A DNA stretch of 64,000 bases from Bacteroidales bacterium. GTDB lineage: Bacteria > Bacteroidota > Bacteroidia > Bacteroidales > VadinHA17. The notes beneath the pieces are model-generated. The model saw nothing but the letters and a program-made list of their open reading frames with translations. It was not told where the DNA came from and ran no database searches. The position numbers and the translations under genes were made by a program. Positions 49,755 to 55,999 of the stretch are shown in pieces. Position 1 is the first letter of the stretch; the number at the start of each line of letters is the position of its first letter. Location: assembly GCA_049654745.1 (NCBI GenBank), contig JBASIK010000187.1, positions 993 to 64,992 of the forward strand, read 5' to 3'.

Positions 49755-50858
49755 TTAGCGAACCGCATTTTCGTTAAACCTGATATCGACAATTTCCAGC
49801 TTCAACCAGGTCCAGTCGCCCTCTTCAAGTTTCCATGTAGCGGTCAATTCTGAAGGTACCTTTATACCTTCGAAAGTCTTATATCCGTCAACCAGTATCA
49901 CCCATTCATATCGTTTTGATTCGGGCTTATTTCCCATATATCTTAATGCCGAAAACTTTACAAAATCTCCATTGCCGTTGAAATAAAAAGTGCCGCTTCC
50001 TGTTGTTCCTTCGTAACTCATTGTTGCTGTAACGGTGCTGTCATCAACCTGCTGCCAGGTAATATGCTCGCTGAGTGCCAGGGAAGGAAACCATATCATC
50101 TCGCCCAGATATCTCTGTAAAGCTCCTTCGTCAAGTTTTTCCCCCTGCTCGTGCACTACATTTATCAGGGAGTTTAACTTAATCAGCATTTCTCCTTTGC
50201 CGTCAGCAAACCTGTCCCTGCCCGAAAACTTCAATATAGAATTCATCCTGACATCAGCTATCCAGATAAAAGCAGGCACATCAAAAAAAGAATACTGAAT
50301 GGCCGATGCCTTCATCCATTTTTCCTGACCTGGTTTCATCTTCATTTCAGCCTGTTGAACCGACTTTGCCACACTGATAAAGGGCTTGCCTGTTACCCCT
50401 GAATTATTAAGCCATTTTTTTACCGGCTCAGGTAACCGGCTGATATCGCTTTCTGAAATTATCTTTCCTTCCTGAATTCTGCTGCACTTGCTAATCAAGG
50501 CTTCTGTCTCCTGTCCTGTGAGGTTGTGAAAACTATAATCGCCATAGGCAACGAGTGACACAAGCAATATGATAATATTGGGCAATGTTCCGAACCTGGC
50601 ATCTTTCCAGAAAAGAATAATAAGTACCTGTGAAACGGCTACGGCAATAAGTCCGATCAGCCATGCATGCCTGCTATGTGCCAGGTATAATATGGTATAA
50701 ACCACCAGCAAAAAAGTTGCCGTTAGCCACAACAGGCCCATTGGTTTTGTTATTGGTAGTGTCAGTTCTTTGACTTCCCTTATGCCAAATCCTTTCACAA
50801 ATCCGAGAATATGGATAAGTGCATGCAGTAAAACAAAAATCAGAAAGAATATTCTCAT
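49755..50858 (-). CDS. Hypothetical membrane protein (N-terminal 4-TM region plus about 230-aa soluble domain; DUF6544-like from memory)
   Basis: 367 aa with TM helices in residues 1-110, then LPEPVKKWL.. and a beta-rich C-terminal domain. Convergent with the methyltransferase. Confidence 0.45.
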   Translation of the reverse strand: MRIFFLIFVLLHALIHILGFVKGFGIREVKELTLPITKPMGLLWLTATFLLVVYTILYLAHSRHAWLIGLIAVAVSQVLIILFWKDARFGTLPNIIILLVSLVAYGDYSFHNLTGQETEALISKCSRIQEGKIISESDISRLPEPVKKWLNNSGVTGKPFISVAKSVQQAEMKMKPGQEKWMKASAIQYSFFDVPAFIWIADVRMNSILKFSGRDRFADGKGEMLIKLNSLINVVHEQGEKLDEGALQRYLGEMIWFPSLALSEHITWQQVDDSTVTATMSYEGTTGSGTFYFNGNGDFVKFSALRYMGNKPESKRYEWVILVDGYKTFEGIKVPSELTATWKLEEGDWTWLKLEIVDIRFNENAVR

Positions 50859-50954
50859 TGTCGTTTGGATTGTTTATTTAAAGTTTTGTATGTGTTTCAT
50901 AAACTATCGGTTGGTAATGCCAGATTAACAACCGTATGTAATTTATGCGACGGG

Positions 50955-50962
50955 CAAAAGTA
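50955..50962 (-). promoter_or_regulatory. Candidate -7 box TActTTTG (minus strand)
   Basis: Plus strand reads caaaagta, about 97 nt upstream of the 50858 start. Confidence 0.3.
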
Positions 50963-51027
50963 ATTAAAAAGGTTATATTCTGCTCTGTTCGCTCCAGGCT
51001 CTGCGCCCTGAACTCTGAGCTAGAATC

Positions 51028-51147
51028 TTAATCACCCCCAACCCCCTGAAAGGAGCCTGTATTTAAACTAATTACAAGGAGGTTTATTAGCTCCGACGGA
51101 GCGGCATGTTTGTAGCAAAGGATACGATCAATTATTGGCGCCGGGAC
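51028..51147 (+). repeat. Repeat module A, copy 2
   Basis: ttaatcacccccaaccccctgaaaggagcctgtatttaaactaattacaagg..tagctccgacggagcggcatgtttgtagcaaagga.. Direct repeat of 48514-48632. Confidence 0.85.
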
Positions 51148-51166
51148 GAAATGTTTATTTGCAAAC

Positions 51167-51266
51167 GAAATTTTTAAACCCGGCGCAATTGTTGTTGATC
51201 TGCGTCAACCCCGTACCAGGCAAACTGGGCTCTGCGATTATCCCCACCTGTCTGCCGATAGGCAGC
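51167..51266 (+). repeat. Repeat module B copy 1, with a degenerate P module at 51247-51265
   Basis: gaaatttttaaacccggcgcaattgttgttgatctgcg matches 54426-54463 at 33/38 positions by eye. The tail gattatccccacctgtctgcc matches 54497-54517 at 18/21 positions. Confidence 0.8.
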
Positions 51267-51392
51267 ATTGCTTGCCGACCCAAACCATTATAACAAAAAA
51301 ATGAATAAATAATATACATGTAATATCGTTTATTAAGCGAGCTGATTAACTAAAATTAATAAATATCATAATTGACTTTTTCAAAAAAAAAC

Positions 51393-51400
51393 TAAATTTG
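51393..51400 (+). promoter_or_regulatory. Candidate -7 box TAaaTTTG for the yceI-porin-yceI-rrf2 operon
   Basis: taaatttg, 64 nt upstream of the ATG at 51464. Confidence 0.45.
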
Positions 51401-51410
51401 CAACGAAATA

Positions 51411-51431
51411 ATACTACTAATATAGTAGTAT
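51411..51431. promoter_or_regulatory. Perfect 9-3-9 inverted repeat ATACTACTA-ata-TAGTAGTAT (candidate operator)
   Basis: Read directly. Starts 11 nt after the -7 box, so it covers the expected transcription start. The operon encodes an Rrf2 regulator. Confidence 0.4.
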
Positions 51432-51463
51432 AAATAGTATTTATATAAGTATAAATCAATGCG

Positions 51464-52042
51464 ATGAATAATAAAATAAAAATTTTGAGCTGGTTATTTC
51501 TACTGGTTTCTGCTGGTATTGCCCTGGCAGAACCTGTATGGAAAATTTCTAAAACAGAGATGAAAATTCTTGGCACTTCCAACCTCCATGACTGGGAAAT
51601 GAAAGTTATGGAAGCTGAAAGCCGATATGAAATCCAATTGACTAATGGACAGTTAATAATTAAAAAGGTCGAATTGACAATTCCGGTTAATAGTATTGAA
51701 AGCGGTTATGTCATAATGAACAATAAAACTCGTGAAGCTCTTAACGCTTCCCAGTACCCAGAAATAAGTTTTGTTGGAGGTGAGAATGTTCTTACCGTCT
51801 CAGGAAATTCTTTCAAGGGTACCATAAAAGGAAGATTGCAGATAGCAGGGAAAACCAGAGATGTGGAAATACCCATAATCGGCAAAGTAACTTCTGAAAG
51901 AATTATTACTATATCTGGTGACTATCAGATAGATATGACCCACTATGATGTTATACCTCCCACCGCATTTTTCAAAACATTAAAGACTGGAAAAGATGTA
52001 GTTGTGTCATTTACGTTTGAACTATATCTTACAGAAAAGTAA
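51464..52042 (+). CDS. YceI-like periplasmic lipid/polyisoprenoid-binding protein
   Basis: 192 aa with a signal peptide, ILGTSNLHDWEMKV, SIESGYVIMNNKTREALNASQYPEISF and GRLQIAGKTRDVEIPI. These match the YceI family pattern. Confidence 0.7.
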   Translation: MNNKIKILSWLFLLVSAGIALAEPVWKISKTEMKILGTSNLHDWEMKVMEAESRYEIQLTNGQLIIKKVELTIPVNSIESGYVIMNNKTREALNASQYPEISFVGGENVLTVSGNSFKGTIKGRLQIAGKTRDVEIPIIGKVTSERIITISGDYQIDMTHYDVIPPTAFFKTLKTGKDVVVSFTFELYLTEK

Positions 52043-52072
52043 TATAAATAATTAACCTAAAAATAGATTATT

Positions 52073-53320
52073 ATGAAAAAAAGTTTATTTGTAGTCTTCT
52101 TGGTTGCATTTGCAACGGTATTAAATGCACAATTTGAATCGCCACAGATAAGTGGAGATGAATTCTCAGGGTTGAAGGTTAAAGTTGGCGGTGATTTTGC
52201 TCTGCAGTACCAGGTAATAAACCACCATGCCGATAGTTCTCTTATTCCTCTTGGTACAGGATTCAATCTTCCGACTGCTAATTTCAATCTGGATGTTGAC
52301 CTGGCAAAAGGCGTTAAACTAAATCTCCAGACGTATCTTTCCGCAAGGCATCATAATGAAGCATGGGTAAAAGGTGGTTATATTATGTTCGATGAATTTC
52401 CTTTTATCAAATCGGATTTTGTTGACAGAGTTATGGATAAGGTTACAATATGGGTTGGCGATATGGAACTTAATTATGGTGACGCACATTTCAGAAGGTC
52501 TGATAATGGGAATGTGATTAATAATCCTTTTGTGGGAAATTATATCATGGATGCTTTTACCACAGCTCCCGCAATGGAAATAATGTACAGAAATAATGGC
52601 CTCTTGCTGATGGTAGCTACTTCTACAGGAAATTTAAGGCAGGACCTCACTTTATATTCCAATAATGCTTTTACAGCATATGATGCTCATAAAGAGCTTG
52701 GATTTTACTGGAAAGCAGGGTATGATAAGTCGTTTAATGAAAATATACGTCTCCGTTTTACTGTAAGCGGTTATCACATGCCTGAATCAAATCACCGTAG
52801 CACACTCTATTTTGGCGACCGTACCGGTTCGAGGTACTATCTTGTTATGAATCTGGCGAAAAACGGCGCTACTGCAGTTGATATTAAATCGAACCATTTG
52901 AATACCTATTTCACCCCTGGTACAGCTACCAGAACCAACTCATTCATGTTAAACCTCTTCAGCAGGATTTACGGTTTTGAGTTCTTCGGGACTTACGAGA
53001 ATGCAACAGGCCTTTATCCGACTACAAAAGAGTTCAGGTTCAGTCAGTTTGCATCTGAAGTTCTTTACAGATTTGGGAAAGAGGAGAATTTCTACCTTGG
53101 CGGACGGTATAACATCGTAAATGGTAATACCGATAGCGGTAATAATGCAAGTACTACCAAAACAGTTGACAGGATTCAGTTTGGGGCAGGATGGTTCCCC
53201 ATAAGGAATATGCTGGTTAAACTTGAATATGTAAGACAGAATTACAATCAGTTTACAGATATTTACGGCACTGATGCCGGGTTTAAAGGTTTTATGTTTG
53301 AAGCCGCTGTGAGTTTCTAA
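52073..53320 (+). CDS. Outer-membrane beta-barrel (porin-like) protein
   Basis: 415 aa with signal peptide ..ATVLNAQ, alternating beta-strand pattern throughout and a C-terminal FMFEAAVSF ending in Phe. Confidence 0.6.
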   Translation: MKKSLFVVFLVAFATVLNAQFESPQISGDEFSGLKVKVGGDFALQYQVINHHADSSLIPLGTGFNLPTANFNLDVDLAKGVKLNLQTYLSARHHNEAWVKGGYIMFDEFPFIKSDFVDRVMDKVTIWVGDMELNYGDAHFRRSDNGNVINNPFVGNYIMDAFTTAPAMEIMYRNNGLLLMVATSTGNLRQDLTLYSNNAFTAYDAHKELGFYWKAGYDKSFNENIRLRFTVSGYHMPESNHRSTLYFGDRTGSRYYLVMNLAKNGATAVDIKSNHLNTYFTPGTATRTNSFMLNLFSRIYGFEFFGTYENATGLYPTTKEFRFSQFASEVLYRFGKEENFYLGGRYNIVNGNTDSGNNASTTKTVDRIQFGAGWFPIRNMLVKLEYVRQNYNQFTDIYGTDAGFKGFMFEAAVSF

Positions 53321-53349
53321 TCTCCATAAATGCAGGTCTGCTTAAGAAT

Positions 53350-53985
53350 ATGATTGTGTTGAAAGATAAGTGGGTTTTCCTGAAACAGGAAATAAAATAC
53401 AGACCTGCATTTTTTATTTTCATTATATCGTGTTATATTTTTTTAAATTTGTTCAGACTCTCTGAGCTAGGTGCCCAACCATTATCAAAAGTTGATGATA
53501 ATGGAAGCAATGGCCTTATATCTATCTATGGCAGAACGAATATCTCTTCTTTCCGTCTCAATGCTTCCCTTACTGAACACAATTTAAGATATTTATATGG
53601 AAGAAATGTGTATCAGCTTAAGATCCCGGTTTCATCATTTAAAGCAAGAAATAATTTAATCGAGCATGATTTCCTGCAAATGATCAATGCAGCTTCATAT
53701 CCAGAGATAGTGATATTTATCCCTGCTTCTGCGTTTGAATCAGCAGAAACGATAAATGTTGAAATTGAGGTTGCAGGTAAATCAGTAGAGAAGGGCATCT
53801 CTACTAAAATAATCAGTCCACCTGGTTCAGAGAATAAAGAAATCCGGGGAGAAACAAGTATCAACTGGCAGGAACTGGGGTTGCAACCGCCAAGAAGATT
53901 TATGGGTTTACTGGAAATTCAAGAAACAATATTCATTACATTTGTACTCAAACTTAGTTTATTGATAAATGCGGTTAAATACTAA
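53350..53985 (+). CDS. Divergent YceI-like protein with a long N-terminal signal/anchor
   Basis: 211 aa with ISIYGRTNISSF, IPVSSFKARNNLIEHDFLQMINAASYPEIVIF and VEIEVAGKSVEKGI. These parallel the YceI motifs of the first gene. Confidence 0.45.
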   Translation: MIVLKDKWVFLKQEIKYRPAFFIFIISCYIFLNLFRLSELGAQPLSKVDDNGSNGLISIYGRTNISSFRLNASLTEHNLRYLYGRNVYQLKIPVSSFKARNNLIEHDFLQMINAASYPEIVIFIPASAFESAETINVEIEVAGKSVEKGISTKIISPPGSENKEIRGETSINWQELGLQPPRRFMGLLEIQETIFITFVLKLSLLINAVKY

Positions 53986-54367
53986 ATTGAGATATGGTTT
54001 GAGGGTAATGATCGATATCGCTCTGAACAATTCTGTCAATGAGGGTGTTTTCCAGAAAGATATAGCATTCAGGCAAAAAATTTCATTTAAATATCTCGAT
54101 CATATTATAAATTCTCTGAAGGTTGCCAGATTGGTTGTAAGACCCTCGTTAAAGTCGGGTTATTTTCTAGCCAGGCCTCCGGAAGAGATTACACTGCTGG
54201 ATATTGAGCGTGCCTTCGAAGCAAATGAAGATATTCAGCAGTGTGTAAATAATCCAGAAATTTGCAATATGAGTGGTACATGCAGGGCAAGGAAAGTTTG
54301 GAAAAATCTGAACGACCGTATTATTAGCTTTCTTGCAACAACCACACTTGCTGATATTATTAAGTAA
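53969..54367 (+). CDS. Rrf2-family transcriptional regulator with a three-Cys cluster motif
   Basis: 132 aa with MRLNTKLRYGLRVMIDIA.. (winged HTH). Cys92, Cys99 and Cys105 (QCVNNPEICNMSGTC) lie where IscR/NsrR Fe-S ligands occur. 17-nt overlap with the upstream gene. Confidence 0.85.
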   Translation: MRLNTKLRYGLRVMIDIALNNSVNEGVFQKDIAFRQKISFKYLDHIINSLKVARLVVRPSLKSGYFLARPPEEITLLDIERAFEANEDIQQCVNNPEICNMSGTCRARKVWKNLNDRIISFLATTTLADIIK

Positions 54368-54425
54368 AGTGAGTTTTTATCCTCAGAATAATATATTACT
54401 GGAATTATATAATAATTTGAAAAAC

Positions 54426-54527
54426 GGAATTTTTATACCCGGCTCAATTGTTGTTGATCCGCTCCAATCTGCGTCTTCGGTAAAGCCGGAATCCGTGTTT
54501 ATCCCCGCCTGTTTGCCGGCAGGCAGG
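54426..54527 (+). repeat. Repeat module B copy 2 plus P module copy 3 (54508-54527)
   Basis: ggaatttttatacccggctcaattgttgttgatccgct.. ..gtttatccccgCCTGTTTGCCGGCAGGCAGG. The P arm pairs over 8 bp plus a ccgg centre, with two T:G positions. Confidence 0.8.
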
Positions 54528-54558
54528 ACGACGGGCAAGAGAGAGCTATTTATTAATT

Positions 54559-54610
54559 GTCATTTGCACTTAGCTTAGTTCAGGGCGTTATTCAATAGTA
54601 ATTCAATAGT
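54559..54610 (+). repeat. Unit U1: 30-nt head plus two tandem 11-mers (attcaatagta attcaatagt)
   Basis: gtcatttgcacttagcttagttcagggcgttattcaatagtaattcaatagt. 40/52 positions are identical to U2 by eye. Confidence 0.75.
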
Positions 54611-54640
54611 TCCCGATACGTTTCGAAACGACATTCGGTG

Positions 54641-54691
54641 GTCATTTGCGCTTCGCGTTGCTCAGCGCGTCATTCAGTTGTCATTCAGTTG
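54641..54691 (+). repeat. Unit U2: 30-nt head plus two exact tandem 11-mers (tcattcagttg x2)
   Basis: gtcatttgcgcttcgcgttgctcagcgcgtcattcagttgtcattcagttg. Confidence 0.75.
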
Positions 54692-54706
54692 TCACTAAAT
54701 CATCAG

Positions 54707-54735
54707 TATTGAATGTAATTCATTGCAATTCAATA
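54707..54735. repeat. Inverted repeat TATTGAAT-13 nt-ATTCAATA reusing the U1 11-mer core
   Basis: Read directly. The spacer gtaattcattgca holds a further aattcatt variant. Confidence 0.6.
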
Positions 54736-54789
54736 AGATGTGTTTGTTGAATTTATATTATAATCCACAACGCTCAAACTTTATTTCTC

Positions 54790-54852
54790 CTCATCCCTCA
54801 TTACTCATTCCTCACTCCTCATTCCTCGTACCTCATGCCTCGTATCTCATGC
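54790..54852 (+). repeat. Nine tandem heptamers, consensus CTCAYNC
   Basis: ctcatcc ctcatta ctcattc ctcactc ctcattc ctcgtac ctcatgc ctcgtat ctcatgc. Ends 5 nt before the stop codon (54858-54860) of the minus-strand aldo/keto reductase. Confidence 0.9.
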
Positions 54853-54857
54853 CTTGT

Positions 54858-55832
54858 TTACTTTACCGATTCCACTGACGGGTACCTGAACAGCGGCTCC
54901 ATGGCAGCACCTTTCAGTTTAATGGCTTCCACCTCTGAAGGTGATAACGGTGTAAGCTTATCTCTCATCCCCAGAGCAATCTTAAAGAGCTCACCCTGTC
55001 CTGAGGTCATGAGGTCGGTGATGGGGTGGGAGAGAGCAAAACGTAGTCCCATCCTGATATCTTCTTCACTGGTAAATGGTTCGTACCAGCACTTCGGATA
55101 TTTTGACCTGTCGGCGCCCTGTGGCCATGGACCCTTGGCCATCGACTTCAGGCTGATGATCCCCATACCCTTCTTATGCGCCATGTCGAGCAGCTGAGGA
55201 CCAAAAGTGCCTGCATGCCAGCTCGAAATATGTAGCGGATACATAATTGTGTCAAAATCATATGCCTCCATGAGCGCCATACCGGCCTCTTCCGAATGAA
55301 CCGACATACCGATGAACCTTATAAGACCCTCGCTCTTTGCCTGCAGGAACGCCTCCAGCGCTCCACCCTTGCCGAGTATGGTATTTACATCTGACATGGT
55401 TGTTACTGCATGCAACTGGTAAAGATCGAAATGGTCGGTACGAAGATTCTTCAGCGACTGCTCCAGTTCCCTGAGGGCTTCATCCCTGGTGCGCTTCTGA
55501 GTCTTGCACGAGAGAAATACATTTTTTCTGTATGGCTCCAGCGCCGGACCCAGCATCAACTCGGCATTGCCATACGACGGCGCCACATCGAAATGATTTA
55601 CGCCGGCATCAATAGCCATCTTGACATATGCCGACGCTTCCTCAGAGGCAACATCCCTAACAATGATACCCCCGAAACCTATTACTGAAAGCATTACACC
55701 TGTTCGGCCAAGCGAACGCTTCTCCATCTGTCCCGGTCGCTGCTCCCTCACAATAGATGAGAGATCGGCAGGGAAAATGCTCAGCGCAGGTACCGCCAGC
55801 GCAGAAGCTTTAATAAATTCACGACGCTTCAT
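54858..55832 (-). CDS. Aldo/keto reductase with twin-arginine (Tat) signal
   Basis: Track ORF trimmed to MKRREFIKASALAVPALS (Tat-type RRxFxK). AKR motifs are present (GVNHFDVAPSYGNAE, DLYQLH). Confidence 0.85.
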   Translation of the reverse strand: MKRREFIKASALAVPALSIFPADLSSIVREQRPGQMEKRSLGRTGVMLSVIGFGGIIVRDVASEEASAYVKMAIDAGVNHFDVAPSYGNAELMLGPALEPYRKNVFLSCKTQKRTRDEALRELEQSLKNLRTDHFDLYQLHAVTTMSDVNTILGKGGALEAFLQAKSEGLIRFIGMSVHSEEAGMALMEAYDFDTIMYPLHISSWHAGTFGPQLLDMAHKKGMGIISLKSMAKGPWPQGADRSKYPKCWYEPFTSEEDIRMGLRFALSHPITDLMTSGQGELFKIALGMRDKLTPLSPSEVEAIKLKGAAMEPLFRYPSVESVK

Positions 55833-55971
55833 TGTATATTGTTTTAGACTTAAATATAACAAAAAAACAGTATTTATGTTTGAATCTGATTTATAGCACT
55901 AAGATGAAGCTGATTTAACGGATAAAGGAGATACAGAAAAAACCTTTAGGCTCCACCCTTTGCATTTACCT

Positions 55972-55999
55972 TTCATTCCTCACTCCTCACTCCTCATTC
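55972..55999 (+). repeat. Four tandem heptamers ttcattc ctcactc ctcactc ctcattc
   Basis: Same motif as 54790-54852. Overlaps the last 4 codons and the stop (55987-55989) of the minus-strand amidohydrolase. Confidence 0.85.

Noticed and set aside
48430-51463. Calling the repeat-flanked cassette a mobile element.
   Set aside because: The window contains no transposase, integrase, terminal inverted repeats or target-site duplication that I could identify. The modules are kept as repeats with a hypothesis only.
54559-54852. Possible CRISPR array, suggested by the tandem repeats.
   Set aside because: The repeat units are 7 and 11 nt with no unique spacers of about 30 nt, and no cas genes are present. 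This is not CRISPR architecture.
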